Shown here in pieces: positions 41,109 to 49,852 of a DNA stretch of 64,000 nt. How positions within the stretch are numbered: the stretch's first letter is position 1; each line of letters starts with the position of its first letter. Location of the stretch: NCBI GenBank assembly GCA_963708075.1, contig OY970194.1, positions 2,816,001 to 2,880,000 of the forward strand, in the 5' to 3' direction. The translations under genes and the position numbers were made by a program. Under the pieces are notes generated by a model. The model saw only the letters and a list, made by a program, of their open reading frames with translations, was not told where the DNA came from and ran no database searches. The DNA is from Sedimentisphaerales bacterium. GTDB lineage: Bacteria; Planctomycetota; Phycisphaerae; Sedimentisphaerales; Anaerobacaceae.

Positions 41109-43160
41109 TTATGCGTCGCTCGCGTGACTGATGTAATGTCTCCGGCGGACGCTGCGCCACGTGCCCAGCATCAGCGCGATCACCATCACCACGCCCGGCA
41201 CGGACCCCACGTTGAACATCTCCAGCTTGTTGCCAAGCTGCTCGATCCGCTCGCGCCGCTTGGCCTGGACCGCCCGCAATTGCCGCTGGGCCGTGTGAAT
41301 CTTCAACTCGAGATCCCGTTTCTGCTGGACGATCGTGTCGCCCACCACCGCTTGCTGCTCGTCCCCTTTGGCGGAGGAGACCAATTCCTGCAGCTTCTGG
41401 TTGAAGCCTTCGATTTGCATGTTGATCACCGCGACTTCATTGGCGGTCTCTTCCTCCGCCTCCTGCTCGACCTCGTCCACGACGGTGAAGGGCCGCTTGT
41501 AGTTGCCTCGCGAGCGGATGGAGATCAGGTCGCCCGAGCCGCCCAGGTCCTCGATTGCGTTGATCAGCAAGGCGCTGTTGTCGCCGGCCACGGCCTTGAG
41601 GCCGAACGGCGTGGAGGCGTAGGCCATCATATCGCTGATGAAGTCCACATCGGAGAACACGATGACGGCACAATCCGCGGTCGCCTCGGTCAGGCCGGTG
41701 ACGTGCTTCTTGACCATCTTCGGCGCGTTGGGATCGCTGTCCTTGTCGGCCTCGTCCTTGTCTGCATCCTTCGCCGCGACCTCGACCTCGATGCCTTCCG
41801 GGAAGCTGCTCTTGAATCGGCCCGTGACGAGATAGCCCATTTTCACCGGCTCAGTCCCCTCGATGAACCTGCCCATGAGCTTGGCCGGATCGGGGAACAT
41901 CAGATCGAAGGAATTGGCGACCGTCCACGCATTTCCCGTCGCGGTCGTCATCACCAGAGGCGTCCGCTGGATCGACGGCGTTTCCGCAGCCGGCGCTTCT
42001 TCCTGCGGCTTGTTCGCATCCGCACTCTTCGCCTGCTCGGGCTTCTTCGCGAGATCGATCTCCTTCAGGGCGCCGGCAAACAGCACGCGGACCTGGTTCA
42101 GGTCGGTCGTGATCACACTGTCCTTGTTGAAACACCCCGGGGTCAGACCGAGGTACCCAATGATCTTCTCAGCCCGCTGGTCCCGATTGACGGCAGCCTC
42201 CAGAGCGAGACTCTTATCGCCGGCGAACGTATTCTTCGGCATCTCCAGGCCCCAGGTGCGCAGCAGCCGCTCCAGGTTCGAGCTCTGATCCTGAACCGAC
42301 ATCTGCATGGGGTTTCGCTGCGGGCGGTCCATGATGCAGTGCGGGTCCACACAGACGATTGTCCGGCCGCCCTTGAGGATGTATTGATCGATCGCAAACT
42401 GCGTCTTCTCGGGCAGATCCTTCGGATGAATCACAAGCAGGAGATCGACGTCGTTGATGTCATTGACATCCGTGCCGACCGTGGTCACCTCGTATTCACT
42501 CCTGAGCTGCTGAATAATTGTCCACGGCGGCTCGGGCTGCTGGCCCTGCATCTGCATCATGCGGGCCATGTAGTCGCTCGTGTCCTGCCCCATCACCGCC
42601 AGCGAGCTCATCACACCGATCTTCTTCTTCTGCTTGGTGATCGACGTGTCGATCAGGTAGCTGACATCGTACTCCACGAAATTCTGGCGGTCCGGTGCGA
42701 AGAACGGGATCGTCTTCTCCACACCGAACTGCGTCGTGACGACCAGCCCGAAGAAGAAGTTCTCCTCCTCGGTGATCGGGAACCGTCTCAGCCCGTGCCG
42801 GATCGCCTGTTCCTCCTCATCGGAGAACGGGCGAGGGTCGATCACTTCCAGCTCGATCAGGCCGCGCGACGCCACGACGTACTCTTCGAGCAGGGTCCGG
42901 ACGAATTCGTAGTAGTTGTTGAAGAAACGGATCTGGTCGGGGCCCTTCATCGCGGCCGTCTTGGCGTAGAACAGCTTGGCCTTGATCGGCTGATTCAGCC
43001 GGCCCAGAATGGCTTTGGTCCCATTGGAAAGGGTATAGATGCCCTGATCGGTGACGTCCACCCTCAGGCGTTTGCCCAGATTCTGGCTGATACTGATGCC
43101 GCTGAAGGCAATGATCAGAACAAGAACTGCACCCAGAAATGCTCGTATTGTCCGGCTCAT
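41109..43160 (-). CDS. GldG-family ABC transporter auxiliary component
   Basis: DVT...YTLS.GTK.IL, VEYDVSYLI, IDQYIL.GG and D.DFISD; C-terminal coiled coil plus TM. Confidence 0.85.
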   Translation of the reverse strand: MSRTIRAFLGAVLVLIIAFSGISISQNLGKRLRVDVTDQGIYTLSNGTKAILGRLNQPIKAKLFYAKTAAMKGPDQIRFFNNYYEFVRTLLEEYVVASRGLIELEVIDPRPFSDEEEQAIRHGLRRFPITEEENFFFGLVVTTQFGVEKTIPFFAPDRQNFVEYDVSYLIDTSITKQKKKIGVMSSLAVMGQDTSDYMARMMQMQGQQPEPPWTIIQQLRSEYEVTTVGTDVNDINDVDLLLVIHPKDLPEKTQFAIDQYILKGGRTIVCVDPHCIMDRPQRNPMQMSVQDQSSNLERLLRTWGLEMPKNTFAGDKSLALEAAVNRDQRAEKIIGYLGLTPGCFNKDSVITTDLNQVRVLFAGALKEIDLAKKPEQAKSADANKPQEEAPAAETPSIQRTPLVMTTATGNAWTVANSFDLMFPDPAKLMGRFIEGTEPVKMGYLVTGRFKSSFPEGIEVEVAAKDADKDEADKDSDPNAPKMVKKHVTGLTEATADCAVIVFSDVDFISDMMAYASTPFGLKAVAGDNSALLINAIEDLGGSGDLISIRSRGNYKRPFTVVDEVEQEAEEETANEVAVINMQIEGFNQKLQELVSSAKGDEQQAVVGDTIVQQKRDLELKIHTAQRQLRAVQAKRRERIEQLGNKLEMFNVGSVPGVVMVIALMLGTWRSVRRRHYISHASDA

Positions 43161-43891
43161 CAGCTCGCCTTCCTTTCATCCAGAATGATCGTGCAAGCCG
43201 CAATCCAGCCCGCGATGAGAATCACGAAATAGGCAAGGTCCCTGAACTGCAGGATGCCCTTCTGCATCGACTCGAAATGATCCTGCACGCTCATGCCTTC
43301 GATGGCCGACAACAGCCCGACCGGCAGGAACGATGAGAGGTAATTCAGCGTTGACGGCATCCCTGCGAATACCAGGATTGCACAGGCGACGACCGACAGC
43401 GCGCCTGCAATCACCTGGCTCTTGGTGAGGCCGGAGAAGAAACAGCCTACCGCCAGGAAGCTGCCGGCCATGAGAAAGCCGCCAAGGTAGCCCGTGGTAA
43501 TCAGTCCGGGATCGGGATCGCCGAGGTAGGCAACCGTGATCATCAGGGGAAATGTCAAGGCCAGGGCGATTCCGAGGAATACCCAGGCGGCGAAGAACTT
43601 GCCCAGCACGGCCTGCGTGATCGTCACAGGCAGCGTAAAGAGCAGCTCGATGGAGCCGACCTTGCGCTCTTCAGCCCACAATCGCATCGCGGTCGCCGGC
43701 GCCATGAGCATCAGCATGAGCGGCAGATTCATGAAGAACGACGCCAGATCCGCCTGCCGGACCTCGTAGAAGCCGTTCTTGAATGTTAAGTATCCCGCAA
43801 AGAACAGGAAGATGACCAGAAACACGTACGCAAGAGGGGTCGTGAAGTAGCTCTTCAACTCCCTCTTGAATACCGCACAGAAGCTGTTCAT
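43160..43891 (-). CDS. ABC-2 permease (GldF-like)
   Basis: KRELKSYFTTPLAY and MRLWAEERK.GSIELL.TLP. Confidence 0.9.
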   Translation of the reverse strand: MNSFCAVFKRELKSYFTTPLAYVFLVIFLFFAGYLTFKNGFYEVRQADLASFFMNLPLMLMLMAPATAMRLWAEERKVGSIELLFTLPVTITQAVLGKFFAAWVFLGIALALTFPLMITVAYLGDPDPGLITTGYLGGFLMAGSFLAVGCFFSGLTKSQVIAGALSVVACAILVFAGMPSTLNYLSSFLPVGLLSAIEGMSVQDHFESMQKGILQFRDLAYFVILIAGWIAACTIILDERKAS

Positions 43892-43910
43892 GTCGAAATC
43901 CCCAAAAGTA

Positions 43911-43997
43911 TTGATTATTGATGATGGATTATTGATTATTCAGGCTCGTGCCTTGCCGTTGGCTGCAAATCATCAATTATCAATCATCCATTATCAA
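43911..43997. repeat. Inverted heptamer tandem-repeat block
   Basis: TTGATTATTGATGATGGATTATTGATT...ATCATCAATTATCAATCATCCATTATCAA. Confidence 0.75.
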
Positions 43998-43999
43998 TG

Positions 44000-44719
44000 C
44001 TACGCGCTTTTCTTCCTCGTGATCTTGCGGAAGACCTCTTCCAGGCTGAGGTGATGCTGCTCTTTCAGTTCCTTGGGGGTCGAGTCCACAAGCACCTTGC
44101 CGCGGGCGATGATGATCGTCCGCGAACAGATCGCTTCGACCTCGTCGAGGATGTGGGTCGAGACGATGATGCATTTGTCTTTGCCCATCTCGGTGATGAG
44201 GCGGCGGACCTCGTGCTTCTGGTTCGGGTCGAGGCCGTCCGTCGGCTCGTCAAGAATCAGGACCGGGGGGTCGTGGATCAGCGCCTGCGCCAACCCGACG
44301 CGGCGTTTGTACCCTTTGGAGAGCGTCTCGATGCTCTGGTGATACACGGAGTCGATGGAGCACACCGGCACGACGCGGTCGAGGGCCTTTCTGCGGTCCT
44401 TGCCCTTGATTTGCCGAACGTCGCAGATGAAGTTGAGGAACCCCCCCACCGACATTTCGGGGTAGGCCGGGGAATTCTCGGCCAGGTAGCCCAGCGAGCG
44501 GCGGACCCCGATGGGATCCGTCAGGATATCGTGGCCGCAGACACTCGCGGTACCGCTGTCCGGGCGGATGAAACAGGTCAGCATTCGCATCGCCGTGGTT
44601 TTGCCCGCCCCGTTCGGGCCCAGCAGGCCGAGCACCTGCCCCTTCTCCACGCTGAAGGAAATGCCGTCAACAGCAACTACCGGCCCGAACCGACGCCGAA
44701 GTTCTTTGACTTCAATCAT
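44000..44719 (-). CDS. ABC transporter ATP-binding protein (GldA-like)
   Basis: GPNGAGKTT, LSKGY and LDEPTDGLDP. Confidence 0.93.
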   Translation of the reverse strand: MIEVKELRRRFGPVVAVDGISFSVEKGQVLGLLGPNGAGKTTAMRMLTCFIRPDSGTASVCGHDILTDPIGVRRSLGYLAENSPAYPEMSVGGFLNFICDVRQIKGKDRRKALDRVVPVCSIDSVYHQSIETLSKGYKRRVGLAQALIHDPPVLILDEPTDGLDPNQKHEVRRLITEMGKDKCIIVSTHILDEVEAICSRTIIIARGKVLVDSTPKELKEQHHLSLEEVFRKITRKKSA

Positions 44720-44740
44720 ATCCATCTCCAAACCAAAACC

Positions 44741-44830
44741 ATTGATAATCGATTATTGATGATCGATTATTGGAAAAAGACTCCTCGCCTTCCTCTTCAA
44801 TCATCAATCATCCATAATCCCTAATCAATC
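44741..44830. repeat. Inverted heptamer tandem-repeat block
   Basis: ATTGATAATCGATTATTGATGATCGATTATT...AATCATCAATCATCCATAATC. Confidence 0.75.
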
Positions 44831-45041
44831 CTACGGATTCCCCTCTCTGGTAAACCCCATCAATCTACGGAAAACCGCTTGACAGTCAAGACCCCACCTC
44901 CGATTATTTTCACTTCGTACCAGGACTTTCGGGCTGGGCCAAGGGGACAGCCCATCCCACGTTGGGGAATACCTACGACACGCGGGTAGATTTTGTTCTT
45001 AAGGGCTTGTGTCATTCGGCCGAATCGGAGCGCCAGGGACA

Positions 45042-45833
45042 ATGAGCAGAGTCGCCAAAGTACCGTTCATAGACTACGAAACCAGTATCCGCAAGGCCCT
45101 CGATCTGATCGGAGCGGCACAGGCGCTACCCCAGGATGGTCTGATAATCATCAAGCCCAACCTGACGAACTCCTCACCGCCACCGGTGACAACGAGCGTG
45201 GAGGCCGCCGAGGCCGTGTACAAGTACTGCCGGGACCATACGAAGGCCCAGATCGCCATCGGCGAAGGGGCCGGCGGCGGACGCACCTGTGACGTGTATG
45301 GCGCTCTTGGGTACACCGATATGGCCCGTCGTCACCACATCGAGCTGATCGACTTCAACAGCGCCGACACCATCGAGTTGAGAAACCCCGACGCTCTGCA
45401 ACTCAAGACGTTCCACATGCCGAAGATCGCCCGGGACGCCTTCATCATCTCCGTGCCGGTGCTGAAGGACCACGACTTCAGCAAGACGACGATCTCGATG
45501 AAGAACATGTTCGGCCTGGCCCCCGGCAAGTACTACGCCGACGGCTGGAACAAATCGAAGCTGCACAGCCCCTCGGTTGACGACGCCATCGTAGACGTGT
45601 GCACGTACAAAAAGCCCGCCCTGTCCGTGGTGGACGCCTCAGTAGCCCTGCAGGGCGGTCACCTCTCCGGCCGCAAGAAACACATAGGCCTGATCCTCGC
45701 CGGCTTCGACCCTGTCGCCGTGGACACCGTCGGCAGCGAACTGCTCGGCCACGACCCCGGCTGGGTCCACTACCTGACCTTAGCCGACCCCCGCCTCGGC
45801 TCGATGCAAGACATCGAAGTCCTCACCGCCTGA
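45042..45833 (+). CDS. DUF362 protein
   Basis: IKPNL, VTT, IGEG, VPVLKDH, SMKNMFG and DPVAVD. Confidence 0.88.
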   Translation: MSRVAKVPFIDYETSIRKALDLIGAAQALPQDGLIIIKPNLTNSSPPPVTTSVEAAEAVYKYCRDHTKAQIAIGEGAGGGRTCDVYGALGYTDMARRHHIELIDFNSADTIELRNPDALQLKTFHMPKIARDAFIISVPVLKDHDFSKTTISMKNMFGLAPGKYYADGWNKSKLHSPSVDDAIVDVCTYKKPALSVVDASVALQGGHLSGRKKHIGLILAGFDPVAVDTVGSELLGHDPGWVHYLTLADPRLGSMQDIEVLTA

Positions 45834-45870
45834 CCGCAATGTGAGGAACGCGGCTATACTCTCTTACGGC

Positions 45871-45912
45871 GGGTGGCAGCGTCAAGCGCAGCTTGGCGAT
45901 GGCGTCTTTGGC
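45871..45912. repeat. Palindromic repeat, family A, half copy
   Basis: GGGTGGCAGCGTCAAGCGCAGCTTGGCGATGG. Confidence 0.75.
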
Positions 45913-45936
45913 GGTCACAGGCATGGTTTGCCGGAA

Positions 45937-46242
45937 TCACGCAACACACCGGGTATGAACCTCTCTTGCAATCTTTGAACCAACCTCTCGTTCAGTGATT
46001 CTCAGATCGTAACTGGTTTGCAGGTTGAGCCAGAACTGAGGCGTTGTCCCAAAGTAGCGGGCCAATCGCAGGGCCGTATCGGATGTAATGGCACGTCGTT
46101 CATGCACGATCTCACTGATACGGGGGGCAGGCACCTTGAGCTCCATCGCCAGCGCATGAGCGCTCATCTCCAGCGGAGCGAGGAACTCCTCCCGCAAGAC
46201 TTCCCCCGGATGGATTGGACGCATTTTATTTACCGGACACAT
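45937..46242 (-). CDS. higA: HigA antitoxin (HTH)
   Basis: PIHPGEVLREEFL...RISEIV...TALRLARYFGTTPQFWLNLQ. Confidence 0.93.
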   Translation of the reverse strand: MCPVNKMRPIHPGEVLREEFLAPLEMSAHALAMELKVPAPRISEIVHERRAITSDTALRLARYFGTTPQFWLNLQTSYDLRITEREVGSKIAREVHTRCVA

Positions 46243-46254
46243 TGCTTAGTCTCC

Positions 46255-46533
46255 TCAGTGGTAGTCGACGATCTCAACATCAAGAGCATTGCCATCCTCG
46301 AAGCGAAAGCACAGACGCCACTGGTCATTGACGCGGATGCTCCACTGACCTTTGCGGCTTCCACGCAAAGCCTCCAACCTATTGCCCGGTGGAACGCGAA
46401 GGTCTTGGAGTGCATAAGCATCATCCAGCATTTGCAGCTTACGTTCAGCAACAGCGGCAATCGCTCTGAATCGGCGAGGGCACTTGCCCTCAAACAACGC
46501 CTGCGTATATCGACAACGGAAGCTCTTTATCAT
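46255..46533 (-). CDS. higB: HigB (RelE/ParE-fold) toxin
   Basis: MIKSF...PPGNRLEAL.G.R.GQWSIRVNDQWRLCF...VEIVDYH. Confidence 0.93.
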   Translation of the reverse strand: MIKSFRCRYTQALFEGKCPRRFRAIAAVAERKLQMLDDAYALQDLRVPPGNRLEALRGSRKGQWSIRVNDQWRLCFRFEDGNALDVEIVDYH

Positions 46534-46539
46534 ACGAGG

Positions 46540-46568
46540 ATGATATAACGCACGGCGTTAAACGTCAA
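46540..46568 (-). promoter_or_regulatory. higBA promoter with an operator palindrome
   Basis: TTGACG-N17-TATCAT; the spacer contains TAACG-N5-CGTTA (46546-46560). Confidence 0.75.
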
Positions 46569-46600
46569 GCGAATATCTTCAGCAGGGTCTACGGTGGTTG

Positions 46601-47914
46601 TTACTCGGCAGGGTCGACAGCGGTGACGGCAGGGGTTTGGGCGCGGGCGGCGACTCGTAGTTGGGAGGCGATGTGGATCACGATCTGGCCGACGGCGCCC
46701 AGGGTGACGAGTCCGACGGCGAACCAGTAAGGGGCGTAGGGGCCGATGTGTTGAGCCAGATGACCGCTGGGCCACGAGCCGGCGGTGACGCCGAGGCATA
46801 TCACAATCTCGTGGATGACCATTCGCACGGAGCGTTTACGGCTGGCGGCGGCGCCGTAGAACAGGTGGGAGCTGTAGGCAAATCCAAAGGCTATGCCGAG
46901 AACCACGGCTGAGAGAAGCAGCACGCTCAGGGCCCGGCCGTAGATGACCATCAACAAGGCCAGCAGGACCATGCCCTGCGCCCCAAACAGCAGCCCCGCG
47001 CGGAAATGCCAGAACGCCCAGCGGCCCCCGGCGATCAATGCCAGGAAATTGCACAATGCCACCGTCGTCAGGTACACGCCGAATTGCGATTCGGTGTAAC
47101 CGAGGCCTGTAAATAACAGGGCGAACTGCGACCGGGCAATAGCAAATGAGGCCCAGGCACAGAACAGGGCGATCCTCGACATCCAGCGAAAGTCCACGAG
47201 TTTGGCGTCGGGGATCAAGTCTTCCGATTGCGGATTGCGGATTTCGGATTGCGGAGTAGGGCAAGGGATCGATTCCGCATTCAGCATTCCGCATTCCGTA
47301 TTCTGCGTTTTCCGTGCCAGGCCCAGCAACAGGAAGGAGGCTGCAAAGCACACGACGGCGGCGACCATTGGCCACAAGGGCCCCTGCTCGACCAGCCAGG
47401 CTCCGACGAGCGGGCCGACGACCCCGCCGCTGGACCACGAGCCGTTGTACCGTCCCAGCCGCCGGTTCAGCGCCAGGCCTTCGCAACTGCCTGAGACCCA
47501 GCTCATCAGGAACGGCCAGAACAGGGCCATCGCCGCCCCGCCCAGCCCGCCGGCCGCGATGACCAGCCAGATCCACACCCGCTGGCCGGCGCCATGGTCG
47601 GTCGTCGCCCCGAAGACTGCCATCGCCATCAGAAAAGCAGACAACATCGCTGCCACCACGGCCACCCGGGTGGCACGTTTGGCGTCCAGGTGTCCCAGCC
47701 GTGAGCCGGTCACGAGAAGAGCCGCCATGTAAGCGAGGATGTTCACCGTCGGAGCGTCGCCGACGTGGGCCTTGGTGCCGCCCATGGCGATGAGTACAAA
47801 GGGCATGGCCGACCACGCGGTGCTCAGACTCAAACCCGTTGTGAACGCCGCCCCATAAAGCGGCCACGCCCGCCCGGACGAACCGGCCGGCAGTGCCTTG
47901 CTTGCTTCAAACAT
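46601..47914 (-). CDS. MFS transporter
   Basis: About 12 TM segments; GRYNGSWSSG.VVGP.VG. Confidence 0.82.
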   Translation of the reverse strand: MFEASKALPAGSSGRAWPLYGAAFTTGLSLSTAWSAMPFVLIAMGGTKAHVGDAPTVNILAYMAALLVTGSRLGHLDAKRATRVAVVAAMLSAFLMAMAVFGATTDHGAGQRVWIWLVIAAGGLGGAAMALFWPFLMSWVSGSCEGLALNRRLGRYNGSWSSGGVVGPLVGAWLVEQGPLWPMVAAVVCFAASFLLLGLARKTQNTECGMLNAESIPCPTPQSEIRNPQSEDLIPDAKLVDFRWMSRIALFCAWASFAIARSQFALLFTGLGYTESQFGVYLTTVALCNFLALIAGGRWAFWHFRAGLLFGAQGMVLLALLMVIYGRALSVLLLSAVVLGIAFGFAYSSHLFYGAAASRKRSVRMVIHEIVICLGVTAGSWPSGHLAQHIGPYAPYWFAVGLVTLGAVGQIVIHIASQLRVAARAQTPAVTAVDPAE

Positions 47915-48032
47915 CCTGACTGTGCTCCAAAGCTATTGATTGTACCACCGCCACAACAATGTGCCAGTAGTCAATCCGCCTGACGCGCCGGGGGGGTGTG
48001 GTCGGCCTTTGGTGGCGGATTCCGGTTCTCCG

Positions 48033-48136
48033 CGTAGGACGAGCGTCCCCGCTCGTCCATTGCAGGGATCTGCAATCGACAGGATGTGGTGCGAGGCCAT
48101 GCGACAAAAGGGGCGAGCGGGGACGCTCACCCTACG
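48033..48136. repeat. GTAG-type REP doublet
   Basis: CGTAGGACGAGCGTCCCCGCTCGTCC ... GGGCGAGCGGGGACGCTCACCCTACG. Confidence 0.8.
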
Positions 48137-48227
48137 AAGAGCGGCACCAATCGCCACCGTATTCCGACCGCACCCCGCCGGGGTGTACGACGAGATTGCG
48201 GCAGACCAAGTACAACTATGAGGTTAT

Positions 48228-48315
48228 GGGTGGCAGCGTCAAGGCCGAAGGCCTTGGCGATGGTCTTAGGCACGCCAAAGACGCCATCGCCAAGCTGCGC
48301 TTGACGCTGCCACCC
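48228..48315. repeat. Palindromic repeat, family A
   Basis: GGGTGGCAGCGTCAAG...CTTGACGCTGCCACCC. Confidence 0.9.
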
Positions 48316-48442
48316 GCTTCAATTGCCACTTCTTTGTCGTGCACCCGGTGGAGTGGAAGAGAGTGGGGCCACCCTCCGCGGGTGGCCCATGGGTGCTGAT
48401 GTCGGTCGGGTGAGAGAAGTGAGTTGTCTATAGTGTGCGTGC

Positions 48443-49639
48443 TCAGTTCCCCGTCTGGGCGGGGGCGCGCTCTGTCGTGCCTTGGCTCGCGTCGGGAGAA
48501 GGCTCGGCGGGCTTGAAGGTGTAGTTCTTCTTCCCGGCCTGCTCGCGGACGGCCTGCTTGATGGCAGAGCCCAGTGTCCGGGGACCCTGCTGTTTCGCCG
48601 TCGCCTCGGCGATGAACTTGTTCCTCTGCTCGTTGAGCTGCCGGACTTGGGCCTGCAGGTCGGCCCGTTCCTTCGCCTTGGCATTCACGTAATTGGCCCT
48701 CTGCTCGGCGTTCATGCCCTTCATGTCCTTGGGCAGTTCCTCGTCCTTGAGTTTGCTGACGTCCACCGACTTGGCCTGGACAGCGTCCACCAAGTCCCAG
48801 TTGGTGTTCACGTAGTTGTGCGACGACTTCGTCAGGGTCCGTTGGACGACGGCCTGAGGCGATGCCATGTTCGCATTTGTATCCTGTGCGGCCTGTCGCT
48901 CCTGGGCTGCCTGGCCCCGCTGGCCGAATGGCACGTACGTTGTGTTGAGCCTGACGCCAAGCTCGGCGATCTCCGTGTCCTGCGGCGCGGGGATGTGCAC
49001 GATCTGGCGGTTCTGATCGATGTTGAGATAACGCCCGTCGGCAAGGACCGCGCCATTCTTCCAGTGGCCATCAAGGCCTTCCCGCTCGCTGCCGCAGTGA
49101 ATCGTGTTGACAAGGATTCCCTTTGCCACTGCGGCCTTGCAGGTCATGCGGTAGTCTATCGGTCCCTGCGTGAACGGCTCGTTGCCTGCGATGAAGATCA
49201 CCTTCAGGTCGTCCGGCGACTCGCTCCATCTGAGTTTCTCTGTCGCCTCCTTGATGACCCAGCCGCAGTACTCGTCGCCGCCATTGGTCTTGAGGGCGAA
49301 CAATTCCTCGGAGATTTTGTCGAGGTCCGTCGTCAGCGGGGCAATCTGGCGAATCCACCCGGTCTCGGCGGCCAGACCCATGTTGCCGTATTCGTAGAGG
49401 GCGACCTGAATCTCCGGCTGGCGGCCCCCGCGCTGCGCGAAGATGAATTCGTTGACGATGGACCAAAGCTCCGCCCGCGCCTGATCGATCAGCCCCTCCA
49501 TGCTCCCGCTCGTATCCAGCAGAATCGCGATCTGCACCAGCGGCTTGTTCGGCTCCGGCACCGCCGCTTCGGCCACACGTACGGTACACGGTAGAATCGC
49601 AGCCACAGTCAGAAGTTGGATGAACATTGCTTTTCTCAT
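48443..49639 (-). CDS. Secreted vWA-domain protein
   Basis: Signal peptide; MIDAS motif LLDTSGSM; TNGGDEYCG and IAGNE. Confidence 0.87.
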   Translation of the reverse strand: MRKAMFIQLLTVAAILPCTVRVAEAAVPEPNKPLVQIAILLDTSGSMEGLIDQARAELWSIVNEFIFAQRGGRQPEIQVALYEYGNMGLAAETGWIRQIAPLTTDLDKISEELFALKTNGGDEYCGWVIKEATEKLRWSESPDDLKVIFIAGNEPFTQGPIDYRMTCKAAVAKGILVNTIHCGSEREGLDGHWKNGAVLADGRYLNIDQNRQIVHIPAPQDTEIAELGVRLNTTYVPFGQRGQAAQERQAAQDTNANMASPQAVVQRTLTKSSHNYVNTNWDLVDAVQAKSVDVSKLKDEELPKDMKGMNAEQRANYVNAKAKERADLQAQVRQLNEQRNKFIAEATAKQQGPRTLGSAIKQAVREQAGKKNYTFKPAEPSPDASQGTTERAPAQTGN

Positions 49640-49693
49640 TGCTCGCGCTCCTTTCTCAGCGAGAACCTGTCCCAACAGGCCTGTTGCATGACC

Positions 49694-49782
49694 GGGTGGC
49701 AGCGTCAAGACCGAAGGTCTTGGTGATGGCCGTTTCGCAAGGCCAGAAGACCATCGCCAAGCTGCGCTTGACGCTGCCACCC
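49694..49782. repeat. Palindromic repeat, family A
   Basis: GGGTGGCAGCGTCAAG...CTTGACGCTGCCACCC. Confidence 0.9.
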
Positions 49783-49852
49783 GGAGCATAGCCTCGTGCT
49801 TGAGAGAGCATCAATGGAACGTCCATCATGGGACAGGCTCCAGGATTCGTTG

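Noticed and set aside
39754..44719. Gliding motility machinery
   Set aside because: GldAFG-like ABC systems are widespread, and no other gld/spr genes are present.
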